Assembly (NCBI RefSeq): GCF_056712565.1
Contig: NZ_CM160072.1
Reading direction: 5' to 3' (one strand)
DNA length: 64,000 bases
The notes under the pieces were generated by a model. The model made no database searches. It saw only the letters and a program-made list of their open reading frames with translations, and had not been told where the DNA came from. A program made the position numbers and the translations under genes. Below are positions 15,687-32,869 of this stretch, piece after piece (within the stretch, counting starts at the first letter, position 1; each line of letters starts with the position of its first letter).

Positions 15687-15913
15687 TCAGGATACCACTG
15701 GCGCAATTTGTAACTGCGCCGACTCATGTCGTGCTACTTCATGTTCTTCAAGGGTAAATACCGCCACACGCGACGAAAGATGGTCGGCCTGATTCAGTCG
15801 TTGCAAATCGTCGCGAAATGCCCAAAAGACATGCCGTTACTGCCAATCTGCAAGATCCCGCAGAGAATCAAAATTAAAAACAGCGTGGTCGAAATTCGAA
15901 TACGATTAAACAT
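15687..15913 (-). pseudogene. tap: Remnant of methyl-accepting chemotaxis protein IV (tap): N-terminal and C-terminal codons only
   Basis: Minus-strand ATG at 15913 encodes MFNRIRISTTLFLILILCGILQIGSNGMSF and stops after 37 codons; another frame reads FWAFRDDLQRLNQADHLSSRVAVFTLEEHEVARHESAQLQIAPVVS* ending 18 bp before cheR. Only 227 bp lie between tar and cheR where a full tap is ~1.6 kb. Confidence 0.8.
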
Positions 15914-15958
15914 CAACGCTCCCCATCAGGCGGCAATGACCGCTTTAGTAAATACTCG

Positions 15959-17620
15959 TCAAAATGTTTCCCAGTTTGGATCTTGTTCAGCAATTCGCAG
16001 TCGTGGCTGTGCCGGTGGTTGCTCACTGGCAGGACGGGATGGTGTTTGCGGTTTATTGGTGAGTGGGCTGGCTGCCAGACGGAACGCGGAAACCGCTTGC
16101 GTTAAACGACTCGCCTGTTCTTCCAGCGCAGCTGCGGCGGCAGCTGATTCCTGCACCAGCGATGCGTTCTGTTGCGTGACGCGATCCATTTCCGAAACCG
16201 CCAATGCGACTTGATCGATGCCACGGCTCTGTTCATCCGATGCTGATGCAATCTCGCCCATAATGTCAGTCACGCGAGTGACAGCATTGACGATATTGTT
16301 CATTGTTTCCCCAGCGCTTTCGACCAGCACCGAACCGGTATCAACGCGCGAGACGGAGTCTTCAATGAGGACTTTGATCTCTTTTGCCGCCTGTGCACTG
16401 CGACTGGCAAGATTACGCACTTCACCCGCCACCACGGCAAAACCACGGCCCTGTTCACCCGCTCGCGCGGCTTCAACAGCGGCATTCAGCGCGAGGATAT
16501 TAGTCTGGAAGGCAATACCATCGATAACGCTGATAATGTCGGCAATTTTCTTCGAACTATCGGCGATCTCATGCATCGTTTTCACTACGCCATCCACCAC
16601 TTTGCCGCCGTGCTGGGCGGTGTCGGAGGCACTTTGCGCCAGTTGCGAGGCCTGGCGGGCGTTATCGGCGTTTTGCTTCACTGTCGCGGTGAGCTGCTCC
16701 ATGCTGGCGGCAGTTTCTTCCAGCGCGGATGCCTGCTGTTCAGTACGGGAGGAAAGATCGGTGTTGCCCGCCGCAATTTCACGGGTACCGGCATAGATGG
16801 CATCTGAACCTTCGCGCACATGAGTGACGGTGTCAGTCAAAGAGCGTTGCATATGTGAAACGCTCTGCGCCAGGTCGCCCATTTCACTGCGCCCGTCAAT
16901 GGTCAGGGTATTCGCCAGGTTACCACCGGCAATTTCGCGAATATGCGCAATAATTTTTGCCAGCGGTGTAAGCAACATACGGCGAATGCCGTACCACGCC
17001 ACCAGCAGAATCAATACCACCACCAGCGCGATAACCGCCAGTTGCCACTGGGCAAATCGGTAATCATCTGCGTTGTCAGTGACGATATCGCGATACAGTT
17101 TTTCACTGCTGAGGGCGTACTGAGCAAACGCTTCGCCCATTGCATTTTGCATTCCCTGGGTTGGCTGAGCGAAATAAGCTCCAGTATTGCCATAATCAAG
17201 ATAATCAATCAGTTCAGTTAACGCTGTGTGATAGTTTTTATATTTTTCATCAATATTACGACTGGTAGCGACCATTTCAGGTAACGGTGCCATGCTTTTG
17301 AATTTTTTATAATGAGTCGCGGCCTGGGCCAATGTTTTCCTGGCACTATCGAGCAACTCAACTTTGGCATTACTTTGCTGATTGGATGAATCCATCATCA
17401 TCCGCACCGCTGAACGACTCAGGTTAATGCGCGTTTGTAGCATTAAATCCCATGTTGACGTCAGCTCGCCCTGCTGTTCCCGTAATTGATTGGAAACCAC
17501 AAAGCTCTTCTGGCTATGGTGAAGGGAAGAAAAAAACAGACTGCCGGAAATAAGCTGTAACAGTGCGAATACCCCCAGCACCATTACCAACAGCGTGACT
17601 ACGCGGATACGGTTAATCAT
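15959..17620 (-). CDS. tar: Methyl-accepting chemotaxis protein II (aspartate/maltose receptor) Tar
   Basis: ORF 15959..17641; start set at MINRIRVV (553 aa); HAMP and methyl-accepting domains; C-terminal NWETF pentapeptide. Confidence 0.9.
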   Translation of the reverse strand: MINRIRVVTLLVMVLGVFALLQLISGSLFFSSLHHSQKSFVVSNQLREQQGELTSTWDLMLQTRINLSRSAVRMMMDSSNQQSNAKVELLDSARKTLAQAATHYKKFKSMAPLPEMVATSRNIDEKYKNYHTALTELIDYLDYGNTGAYFAQPTQGMQNAMGEAFAQYALSSEKLYRDIVTDNADDYRFAQWQLAVIALVVVLILLVAWYGIRRMLLTPLAKIIAHIREIAGGNLANTLTIDGRSEMGDLAQSVSHMQRSLTDTVTHVREGSDAIYAGTREIAAGNTDLSSRTEQQASALEETAASMEQLTATVKQNADNARQASQLAQSASDTAQHGGKVVDGVVKTMHEIADSSKKIADIISVIDGIAFQTNILALNAAVEAARAGEQGRGFAVVAGEVRNLASRSAQAAKEIKVLIEDSVSRVDTGSVLVESAGETMNNIVNAVTRVTDIMGEIASASDEQSRGIDQVALAVSEMDRVTQQNASLVQESAAAAAALEEQASRLTQAVSAFRLAASPLTNKPQTPSRPASEQPPAQPRLRIAEQDPNWETF

Positions 17621-17651
17621 AAGGCACCTTCCTGAAAACAAGTTGATCTCG

Positions 17652-17678
17652 TTATCGGCAAGGAGGGGGGAAACTTTA
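17652..17678 (-). promoter_or_regulatory. Sigma-28 (FliA) class III promoter for the tar operon
   Basis: Minus strand reads TAAAGTTT-N11-GCCGATAA, an exact match to the sigma-28 consensus, about 30 nt upstream of the tar start. Confidence 0.8.
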
Positions 17679-17708
17679 TTGCTGATGCCACCCGCCGCGA
17701 AATTGAAA

Positions 17709-17737
17709 TAAAAAACCCGATGCGCAGATCATCGGGT
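17709..17737 (-). terminator. Rho-independent terminator after cheW (end of motAB-cheAW operon)
   Basis: cccgatg...catcggg hairpin with an A-run on the plus strand (U-run on the minus-strand transcript). Confidence 0.65.
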
Positions 17738-17764
17738 TCATTTCAATTGAGGAAATCGGGAGAA

Positions 17765-18268
17765 TTACGCCACTTCTGACGCCGCGCTATCTAACAGCGC
17801 CATCTCTTCGCTGTTCAGCAGTTTTTCGATGTTCACCAGAATCAACATGCGGTCGCCCAGTGCGCCCAGTCCTGTGAGATATTCGGTTGAAAGCGTCACG
17901 GCAAATTCCGGTGCCGGACGAATTTGCTCCGCCGTCAATGAAAGCACGTCTGAGACGCCGTCAACCACGATGCCGACCACCCGCTGTCCGAGATTCAGGA
18001 CGATAACTACCGTGTTGTCGTTATAGTCCACATCCACCTGGCTGAACTTAATTCGTAAGTCAACAATCGGCACAATAACGCCGCGCAGATTCGTGACGCC
18101 TTTGATAAACGCTGGCGTGTTCGCAATCCGTGTCACCTGATCGTAGCCACGGATCTCCTGCACTTTCAGAATATCAATACCGTACTCTTCATCACCAAGG
18201 GTAAATACCAGAAATTCCTGGCCTGACGGCTCGCTGGCCAGCTTTGTTACATTCGTCATACCGGTCAT
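17765..18268 (-). CDS. cheW: Chemotaxis coupling protein CheW
   Basis: 167 aa, CheW fold sequence. Confidence 0.95.
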
Positions 18269-18288
18269 ATTGTTACCTTTTTACTCAT

Positions 18289-21180
<2,892 letters not shown>

Positions 21181-21184
<4 letters not shown>

Positions 21185-22068
21185 GCTTCCTCGGTTGTCG
21201 TCTGTTGTTGCGGATTTTTCACCGCACGCACATGCTCTTCCAGCTCAATAAACGACGGACGTTCGCTGGAATAGAGCGTTTTGCGACCAAACTCAACGGC
21301 GATAGGCGGTGCGTAACCGTTCAGATTAGAAAGCAGAGTGACTTTGACGCACTGCATCATTTTGCTGGTTTCGGCGCTTTTCTGACGTAAAACACTCGCT
21401 AATGGGGAAATAAATCCGTAAGCCAATAAAATACCGAGGAAAGTCCCCACCATCGCATGAGCGATAAGCGCCCCCAGCTCGGCGGCAGGACGATCGGCTG
21501 AACCTAACGCGTGAACGACCCCCATTACAGCCGCAACAATACCAAACGCCGGAAGTGAGTCCCCGACCAGCGCCAGACTGTTCGCCGGGACTTCTGCCTC
21601 GCTTTCGTGCGTCTCAATCTCTTCATCCATCAGAGCTTCGATTTCGAAGGTGTTCATGTGACCGCTGATAATCAGGCGCAGATAATCGACGATAAATTCA
21701 AGCATGACGCTATCCGCAAGGATGCGTGGGTAGCTGGCGAAGATCTCGCTCTCACGGGGATTTTCAATATCGCGTTCCAGCGAAAACATCCCCATCTGCC
21801 GCGATTTCGCCATCAACCGATAAAGCAGAGCCAGCAGATCCATATACATTGCTTTGGTGTATTTGGAGCGACGAAACAGCAACGGCAGCGCCTTCAGCGT
21901 GCCTTTAATCGCTTTGCCATTATTGCCGACGATAAACGACCCAATCCCTGCACCGGCAATAATCACCAGTTCAGCGGGTTGATAGAGTGCTCCAAGGCTT
22001 CCACCGGTCATCAAATAACCGCCGAAAACTGTACCGAGAACAACCAGGTAACCTAATAAGATAAGCAC
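21181..22068 (-). CDS. motA: Flagellar motor stator protein MotA
   Basis: 295 aa, four-TM proton channel; 4-bp overlap with motB. Confidence 0.95.
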
Positions 22069-22194
22069 GACATCATCCTTCCACTGTTGACCATGACAGG
22101 ATGTTCAGTCGTCAGGCGTTAACACGCGATAGGGGCAAAAGAAAGCAGCGGTACATCGTTACCGCTGCTGGAATGTTTCGCCACACCGTATCAG

Positions 22195-22773
22195 TTAAAC
22201 AGCCTGTACTCTCTGTTCATCCAGCAGTTGTGGGATAATATCGGCAGGATTCTGGGAAAGTTTACGTCTTTTTACTGCCCGGGATGGCGGCTGACATAAG
22301 CTGCAGGCAAAGCTGCCAACAGGCTGGTGAGCATGGGTAATAAAATTGCCGCCGCAGCAGTTGCAGCTGGAAAGTTGCAGTAATCCACTTTCAACAAACC
22401 GCACCAATGTCCAGGCACGGGTTAATGCCAGCAGCGGTCCTTCTTCTGCTTGCGGGCACTGTTCAAGGTATAAACGGTAGGCTTTGATCACCGCATCGAC
22501 GCCATTACACAAGCCAGTTTTCAGTAAAAACTGCCATGCATTACAGAACATCGAAGCATGAACGTTTTGTTCCCAGGTCATAAACCAGTCGGTTGAAAAT
22601 GGCAGCATGCCTTTCGGCGGTGGGCTTCCGCGCAGTTCTTTATAGAGTTTTATCAGACGTCCGCGACTTAACTGTGTTTCGCTTTCCAGCATCTGCAAAC
22701 GAGCGCCCAGGGTGATCAATTCCATTGCCAGCTGAATATCCCGCGCTTCCTGAACAATGCTTTTTTCACTCAT
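22195..22773 (-). CDS. flhC: Flagellar master regulator subunit FlhC
   Basis: 192 aa with C-terminal Zn-binding cysteines (CSLCQP...CNCCGG). Confidence 0.95.
22239..22265 (-). promoter_or_regulatory. Sigma-28 promoter for motA, located inside the 3' end of flhC
   Basis: Minus strand reads TAAACTTT-N11-GCCGATAT (one mismatch in each element to the sigma-28 consensus); lies within the flhC coding sequence. Confidence 0.6.
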
Positions 22774-22775
22774 GA

Positions 22776-23126
22776 TCAGGCCCTTTTCTTGCGCAGCGCT
22801 TCTTCAGGCTGATTAACATCATTCAGCAAGCGTGTTGAGAGCATGATGCCGGTATGAATTTGCTGGAGATCGTCAACGCGGGAATCTTGCGTCAACTGAG
22901 TAATCGTCTGGTGGCTGTCAAAACGGAAGTGACAAACCAGTTGATTGGTTTCTGCCAGCTTAACCATTTGCGGAAGAGTCAGTGCCGCTAACGTTGTCGC
23001 CATTTCTTCATTTATGCCGAGACGAAACATAGCGGACGCTTTGTCCTGAACAATCAGACGCTGTGCAAGTAGTAAATATGACAAGTTGATGTCATAAATG
23101 TGTTTCAGCAACTCGGAGGTATGCAT
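22776..23126 (-). CDS. flhD: Flagellar master regulator subunit FlhD
   Basis: ORF 22776..23135; start set at [25 protein letters not shown] (116 aa). Confidence 0.9.
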
Positions 23127-23905
23127 TATTCCCACCCAGAATAACCAACTTTATTTTTATGCGGTCTCACCGCACCCCGTGATGTCGCCGGGAAGCCCCG
23201 GTAAAAAATAATTAGCATTAGAATAGTTGCGATAAGCTGCAATAAGCAGACCCACCTTTTTGGTTTAATAAGTCCTTACAAATAGAAGGGGGTCTTTACA
23301 CTTATCTAAGATTTTTCCTAAATCGACGCAACTGTACTCGTCACTACACGCACATACAACGGAGGGGGGCTGCGATTTTCAATAATGTGTGATGCAGATC
23401 ACACAAAACGCTCAATTACTTAACATAAATGTATAAGTCATACTTTTGTTTTGGGTGTATTTCAATCTGTTAAAAAATTTTTCGCTACACTGGCAAGCAA
23501 AAATGAAACAGGAATAATCGAAATGGGATGTTGCGCACAGTTAAAATAACTCACCGTAAATAATCATCTGCTATAAATAATCGCTTTAATGCAATACCAG
23601 ATAAGCCATTTTTAAACAAACACTTACCGCACAACAAACTAATTAACTACAAAGAAAGGCAACAATCAACCCAATGTTAATAAAATGTTTTACATATATT
23701 AACCACTTGTTCAATATGGGAAATCAGTACATTATTTTCTTATAAATACAGTTGAAATCATATGATAACCAAGAGCAATTGATTAATTGTATTTACTAAT
23801 GACCAGACTAATATTTACCTGTTTAACTGAGTTGGGATTGCGTCGTTTCTCCATTAGGAGTAAAGCTTTAATGTCACCTGAAGTTCACAGAATAAGGAAC
23901 AGGTT
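23127..23905. promoter_or_regulatory. flhDC class I promoter / long 5' UTR and divergent uspC promoter region
   Basis: 779-bp AT-rich non-coding interval between divergent flhD and uspC; no ORF of note on either strand. Confidence 0.6.
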
Positions 23906-24334
23906 ATGAGCTATAGCAATATTCTTGTCGCCGTTGCGGTTACACCGGAAAGTCAGCAACTGCTGGCAAAAGCGGTATCTATCGCCAGGCCAGTAAAGGG
24001 ACACATCAGTTTAATTACTCTCGCTTCCGACCCGGAAATGTACAATCAATTAGCTGCGCCGATGCTTGAAGATTTACGCAATGTGATGCAGGAAGAAACG
24101 CAAAGCTTTCTTGATAAGTTAATTCAGGATGCGGGGTATCCCGTTGACAAGACGTTTATTGCCTACGGTGAGTTAAGCGAACATATTCTGGAAGTTTGTC
24201 GCAAACATCATTTCGATTTGGTGATTTGCGGTAATCACAATCACAGTTTCTTTTCGCGAGCATCCTGCTCGGCGAAAAGAGTGATTACCTCAAGTGAGGT
24301 CGATGTGCTGTTAGTTCCACTTACGGGAGATTAA
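23906..24334 (+). CDS. uspC: Universal stress protein C
   Basis: 142-aa UspA-family ORF; conserved position between flhD and otsA. Confidence 0.85.
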   Translation: MSYSNILVAVAVTPESQQLLAKAVSIARPVKGHISLITLASDPEMYNQLAAPMLEDLRNVMQEETQSFLDKLIQDAGYPVDKTFIAYGELSEHILEVCRKHHFDLVICGNHNHSFFSRASCSAKRVITSSEVDVLLVPLTGD

Positions 24335-24340
24335 CCGCAC

Positions 24341-27693
<3,353 letters not shown>

Positions 27694-27707
27694 CATACTC
27701 TCCTTAC

Positions 27708-29222
27708 TCAGGCAACTGCCTGGCTGACTTTAGGCATCGCAAGGCTCAGTGCCTGACGCTCATCTGCCTGCTCGTGTAACAATTCACCGGCGATTTCGCC
27801 TTCCCGCATCACCACAATCCGGTCGGCAACGCCGAGGACTTCAGGTAAGTCGCTGGAGGCAAACAGCACCGCCACACCCTGCGCCGCCAGCGCATAAATC
27901 ACGTTGTAAATTTCATGCTTAGCACCAACATCAATGCCACGCGTAGGTTCATCCAGCAAAATGACCTTCATCTCTTCCGATAACCAGCGGCCCAGAATGG
28001 CTTTTTGCTGATTTCCGCCTGAGAGATTCATGATCAGTTGCTCAGCGCCCGGCGTTTTGATGTTGAGCGAACGAATGTGGTGATCGGCATTGTTTTCTTC
28101 CCAACCGTTGTTGATTACACAACCGCCAAGCACATGTTTACGTCTGGCACTGATGTTGATATTGTCGCGAACGGAGTGCACGGGAATAATGCCTTCCGCT
28201 TTGCGATCTTCCGGGCAGAGCATCATGCCTGCGGCAATGGCGTGGCTCGGTTTACGAATATCGATCGGCTGTTGGTCGATATAAACCTGACCGGCGGTGA
28301 TTTGCGTCCCGCCAAACATGCCTTTCATTAATTCGCTACGCCCTGCCCCGACCAGACCAAACAGACCGACAATTTCTCCACTGCGAACCGCCAGACTTAT
28401 TGGCGTACGCACGCCTGGTGCTTTCACAGCATCAAGACGCAGCCGCTCCTCGCCATAACTACGCGGTTGCCAGCCGTAGATATCGCCAATGTCGCGCCCG
28501 ACCATCGCCTGCACCAGTGCGTCGTGGTCAACCTGCTGCATATCGGTAAAGGTTTTGACATAACGCCCATCTTTAAAGACGGTGATGGCATCGCTGAGGG
28601 CAAATATTTCTTCCATACGGTGAGAAACGTATAAGATCACCCGCCCCTCTTTTCGCAGTTCACGAATAACGCGGAAAAGATTGTCGATTTCGCGGGCAGA
28701 GAGGGAGCTGGTTGGCTCATCAAAGGCGATAATTTTGGCGTTACGCGCCAGCGCTTTGGCGATTTCAACCATCTGCCACTGACCAATGGAGAGATATTTC
28801 AGCGGCGTGTCCGGGTCAATATCCATACCAAGATGTTTAATTTGTAAACCTGCCTCATAATTCAGCAATGAACGATTCACAATGCCGCCTTTATGCGGCA
28901 GCTGGCCGAGATAGATGTTTTCCGCGACGGTCATTTCCGGCACGAGATGCAGTTCCTGATAAATAATCGCCACACCCGCGTTAAGTGCTGCGGTCGTGTC
29001 GGAAAAGGACATTTCCTGCCCATTAATCACTACAGAACCCGTGGTTGGCGCATAGTTTCCGCTGAGGATTTTTAAGAGAGTTGATTTTCCTGCGCCATTT
29101 TCACCCATCAACGCATGAACCTGACCGGCATAGCAGTCAAAACTAATATCCGTCAGCGCCTTAACGCCGGGAAACGTTTTACCGATGCCGCGAAATGAGA
29201 GATACGGGGTAGACTGTTGCAT
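27708..29222 (-). CDS. araG: L-arabinose ABC transporter ATP-binding protein AraG
   Basis: ORF 27708..29267; start set at [10 protein letters not shown] (504 aa); two ABC cassettes with Walker A motifs. Confidence 0.9.
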   Translation of the reverse strand: MQQSTPYLSFRGIGKTFPGVKALTDISFDCYAGQVHALMGENGAGKSTLLKILSGNYAPTTGSVVINGQEMSFSDTTAALNAGVAIIYQELHLVPEMTVAENIYLGQLPHKGGIVNRSLLNYEAGLQIKHLGMDIDPDTPLKYLSIGQWQMVEIAKALARNAKIIAFDEPTSSLSAREIDNLFRVIRELRKEGRVILYVSHRMEEIFALSDAITVFKDGRYVKTFTDMQQVDHDALVQAMVGRDIGDIYGWQPRSYGEERLRLDAVKAPGVRTPISLAVRSGEIVGLFGLVGAGRSELMKGMFGGTQITAGQVYIDQQPIDIRKPSHAIAAGMMLCPEDRKAEGIIPVHSVRDNINISARRKHVLGGCVINNGWEENNADHHIRSLNIKTPGAEQLIMNLSGGNQQKAILGRWLSEEMKVILLDEPTRGIDVGAKHEIYNVIYALAAQGVAVLFASSDLPEVLGVADRIVVMREGEIAGELLHEQADERQALSLAMPKVSQAVA

Positions 29223-29291
29223 AACGTCTCCGTGAATCACTGGTCGTTCACACCCCCTCTGCATCATGCAGAGGGGAATTTTTCCGGCAAA

Positions 29292-30281
29292 TTACTTACC
29301 GCCTAAACCTTTTTTCTCCAGTTCTTCTTTAAAGTTGTCACGCGTGATCAGCACCACGTCGGTAACTTCGGTGAATTTGGTCGGTTCAACACCTTTTGCA
29401 ACCCAGTTGTAAAGCATTTCGCTGGACTTATAACCATGTACGTCCGGGCTTGGCAGCAGGGAACCGTAGAAGCCGGTTGCCTGTGCCTTAGACAGTTCAC
29501 TCACCGCATCCACACCGTTAATACCGATACCGATGATATCGCTCGCTTTAAAGCCCTGACCTTCCGTCGCGCGTACGCCGCCCAGCACGGTGCTGTCGTT
29601 CATACCGACAATCAGCCAATGTTTAACTTCCGGATGTTGAACCAGCATTGAGTTGGCAGCGTCAAATGCCCCCGGGATGTCGTTAGATTTGGTAGGTACC
29701 TGATAAATTTGTTTTTCCGGGAATCCTGCAGCTTTCAGCGCATCCATAGACCCCGTAGTACGGCGACGAGCCGTATCCAGTTCGTTGGAGGTAATCGCCA
29801 TCACCGCGCTTTCTTTGACATCCCAGCCACGTTTCTGCATCTCTTTATACAGTTCCTGGCCCTGACGTTCGCCAATTTTGGTCGCAGCCATCATCACCAG
29901 CGGAACGGTATCCATTGGCTTACCTTTGGCGTTAACAAACTGGTCATCCACGGCAATGACTTTCATATCGTAGCCACGCGCTTTCGCCACGATGGCAGAG
30001 CCGAGTTTCGGGTCCGGAGTACAAATAACGAAACCTTTCGCGCCACTGGCAGCCAGGCTGTCGATAGCGTTCAATGTTTTTTCGCCATCCGGCACGGCAA
30101 TCTTAATAACTTCAAACCCTAAATCCTTCCCGGCTTTATCGGCAAACTTCCATTCGGTCTGGAACCACGGCTCTTCCGGTTGCTTCACCAGGAAACCGAG
30201 CTTCAGGTTCTCCGCCATAGCGGATTGTGACATAACGGCTGCCAGACCAATGGCTGCCAGGGCTTTAGTAAATTTGTGCAT
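29292..30281 (-). CDS. araF: L-arabinose periplasmic binding protein AraF
   Basis: ORF 29292..30332; start set at MHKFTKALAAIGLAAVMSQSAMA (329 aa) with signal peptide. Confidence 0.9.
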   Translation of the reverse strand: MHKFTKALAAIGLAAVMSQSAMAENLKLGFLVKQPEEPWFQTEWKFADKAGKDLGFEVIKIAVPDGEKTLNAIDSLAASGAKGFVICTPDPKLGSAIVAKARGYDMKVIAVDDQFVNAKGKPMDTVPLVMMAATKIGERQGQELYKEMQKRGWDVKESAVMAITSNELDTARRRTTGSMDALKAAGFPEKQIYQVPTKSNDIPGAFDAANSMLVQHPEVKHWLIVGMNDSTVLGGVRATEGQGFKASDIIGIGINGVDAVSELSKAQATGFYGSLLPSPDVHGYKSSEMLYNWVAKGVEPTKFTEVTDVVLITRDNFKEELEKKGLGGK

Positions 30282-31077
30282 GGTTCTCTCCAGCTTTAGT
30301 GTCGTTTTGTGTAGGGCAAAAACGAATGACATTCGTTAAATTAATCGGAAAACAAAGCATTACCTTTTAACTAAAAGATAAGTGACTGTGTTGACATAGT
30401 TTTAGCGAGAAATTAATTCTCCATAGGAGAGCAATATCACATCGCAGAATTACAGTGAAAACGTGCATAAATTTAGCGGGAAAAGACATAAGGAAAAGCG
30501 AATTTGTCAGACAAATTATCGAGTGCACAGCAGAATAATCCATAAGATTAGCCTGGAAGTCCTTGTTGTCTTTGGTACCCATGCGGGATGTCTTCTTTTT
30601 AACCAGTCAATAGGCCTCATTACCTGGCGTTGAGTTTTTGCAATGGTGTAATAACCGCAACTTAAAGATGTGGAAAATGCGCGTCATTCATTTCGCCATT
30701 AATTATCACTGTACTCATTAATTAACAGAACACGTATAATGAGAGCTATATCGCAAAAATGAAAAAACGTTTTATAAAATCATTGCTTCATCATGAATTC
30801 AAATTCATCGATTAATATCAACAAGATACAAAAAGCACCATCATTAAAATTCATTACAGTTACATTGATTTCATCAATGAAATGTAAAAATATATAAACT
30901 TGATGATTTAAGCATTTTCTTATACCCGTTCAGACGTTATTCTTATTTCAGATCATCGTCAGAATTGACTCCACGATCACATTTCGGACCGGCAGAAAGG
31001 AATTATTCTGCAAACAGTAATTATGGTGTTTTGATTTATCTTGCACCTCTCCACTTCTGGATATAAGGATATTAGGT

Positions 31078-31581
31078 ATGGCAACCGCTGGAATGCTTCT
31101 CAAACTCAACTCTCAAATGAACCGCGAGTTTTACGCATCCAATCTCTACCTTCACCTGAGTAACTGGTGTTCTGAACAGAGTCTGAACGGCACCGCCACT
31201 TTCCTTCGCGCCCAGGCACAGAGTAATGTGACCCAAATGATGCGCATGTTTAACTTTATGAAGAGTGTCGGCGCTACCCCCATCGTTAAAGCCATTGATG
31301 TTCCCGGTGAAAAACTGAACTCTCTGGAAGAACTGTTCCAAAAAACGATGGAAGAATACGAGCAACGTTCAAGCACGCTGGCGCAGTTAGCCGATGAAGC
31401 GAAAGAACTGAATGATGATTCAACCGTCAATTTCCTGCGCGATCTGGAAAAAGAACAGCAGCATGATGGCCTGTTACTGCAAACCATTCTTGATGAAGTG
31501 CGCAGTGCGAAACTTGCTGGTATGTGTCCTGTGCAGACCGACCAACATGTTCTGAATGTCGTGTCGCATCAGCTACATTGA
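31078..31581 (+). CDS. ftnB: Ferritin-like protein FtnB
   Basis: 167-aa ferritin-family ORF; conserved position. Confidence 0.85.
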   Translation: MATAGMLLKLNSQMNREFYASNLYLHLSNWCSEQSLNGTATFLRAQAQSNVTQMMRMFNFMKSVGATPIVKAIDVPGEKLNSLEELFQKTMEEYEQRSSTLAQLADEAKELNDDSTVNFLRDLEKEQQHDGLLLQTILDEVRSAKLAGMCPVQTDQHVLNVVSHQLH

Positions 31582-31585
31582 TCAT

Positions 31586-31620
31586 CATCGGCGCTAATGC
31601 ATTGCGCCGATGAAGTTTTT
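31586..31620 (+). terminator. Rho-independent terminator after ftnB
   Basis: catcggcgc...gcgccgatg hairpin followed by a T-run; a second hairpin (aaccgctgc...gcagcggtt, ~31624-31660) may serve yecJ on the other strand. Confidence 0.6.
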
Positions 31621-31658
31621 GAGAAACCGCTGCCTCATTTTTTTGAAGCAGCGGTTTT

Positions 31659-31910
31659 TTAATGGGATTCGCCCTGTGGGGTAAACTTGAGTTCAATCAA
31701 CGCGATGGCTTTTTGGATTGCCCGCATGGTGACCGGGTCTGCGGCGGCGGGATGGTTAGTAAAGTCGATATTCTTCAGCTGGCTGGACATTTTTTCGCGA
31801 ACTTCAACGGGCGCGATCACATCGAGAACATCCAGAATTTGTTTGATAACCAACTGGCAAGCAACCACATCAGAAACCAGTTCCTGATCGGCATTCAGCG
31901 GCTGGGACAT
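31659..31910 (-). CDS. yecJ: Uncharacterised protein YecJ
   Basis: 83-aa ORF at the conserved position between ftnB and yecR. Confidence 0.7.
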
Positions 31911-32023
31911 CGTAAACTCCTGATAGCATTTTGAAAGCCTTTATAGTAGCGGCTTCACATCTTCAGCGATAGTCACATCCACCGTCATCAGAACACAAAA
32001 AAACCTGCCGGAGCAGGTTTTTT

Positions 32024-32110
32024 GTTATCGGAACATATTGCCTGGCGGTACGTCTTTGAACGTCTTGCAATAGTTATTGAACATACTTTTCAGGATCTTG
32101 CGCAGTTTCA
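32024..32110 (-). CDS. azuC: Small membrane protein AzuC (28 aa)
   Basis: Minus-strand ORF encodes MKLRKILKSMFNNYCKTFKDVPPGNMFR*, matching the known 28-aa small protein at this locus; not in the ORF track because it is below the length cut-off. Confidence 0.8.
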
Positions 32111-32374
32111 TCGCGGTACTCCGACCATTTGTTATACAGGTGTTATTGTCTTTACATTTATAATATGACAACCATCACAAAAATCAATCTTTATGTGATG
32201 TAAATCACATAAATACCCCTTTAATGTTATAAAAATGATAATCAAAAAGCAGCCCCCCCAATTTCTAACACATACAGATGGCAAGAAATAGCGCCTGCCA
32301 GGCGTCTTTTCCGGCCATTGTCGCAGCGCTGTAACGCGTAAAATACTGCTTTCTTTTACTCTTCTGGCTGGACC

Positions 32375-32698
32375 ATGAGACTTCTGATTCTGACTCTTTC
32401 CTTAATAACGCTGACAGGATGTACGGTTACTCGCCAGGCCCATGTGAGCGAAGTTGACGCGGCAACAGGTATTGTTCGGTTGGTTTATGATCAGGCTTTT
32501 TTGCAGCATGCCAGTACCGATCGTTATGTCAGTCGCGGGATCGCCGATCGCGCATGCCAGCAGGCAGGCTATACCCACGCTATCCCCTTTGGTCAGCCAG
32601 TAGGCAACTGTAGCCTCTTTGCGGGTTCCTTATGTTTGAATACGGAATTCACTTTGTCATATCAGTGCCATCATTCCGCCTTCCCTGTCTTTCTCTAA
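32375..32698 (+). CDS. yecR: Lipoprotein YecR
   Basis: 107 aa with lipobox (LITLTGC). Confidence 0.75.
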   Translation: MRLLILTLSLITLTGCTVTRQAHVSEVDAATGIVRLVYDQAFLQHASTDRYVSRGIADRACQQAGYTHAIPFGQPVGNCSLFAGSLCLNTEFTLSYQCHHSAFPVFL

Positions 32699-32869
32699 AC
32701 GTTTTAATCAGCGAGGGGGATCTTCGCTGATTAAATAAATAGCGGTAATGCGTTTTATTCCCATTCGTATTTTTAATAAATGATATTTATATTTTACCTT
32801 TTGCAAATAATAAAATAACAAATTATAGTGACGCTACAGCAACAAATATAACCTTTGTGGAGCACTATC

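Noticed and set aside
23127-23905. IS element insertion upstream of flhDC
   Set aside because: I looked for transposase ORFs and terminal repeats; the region has no ORF and no repeat structure, only AT-rich promoter sequence.
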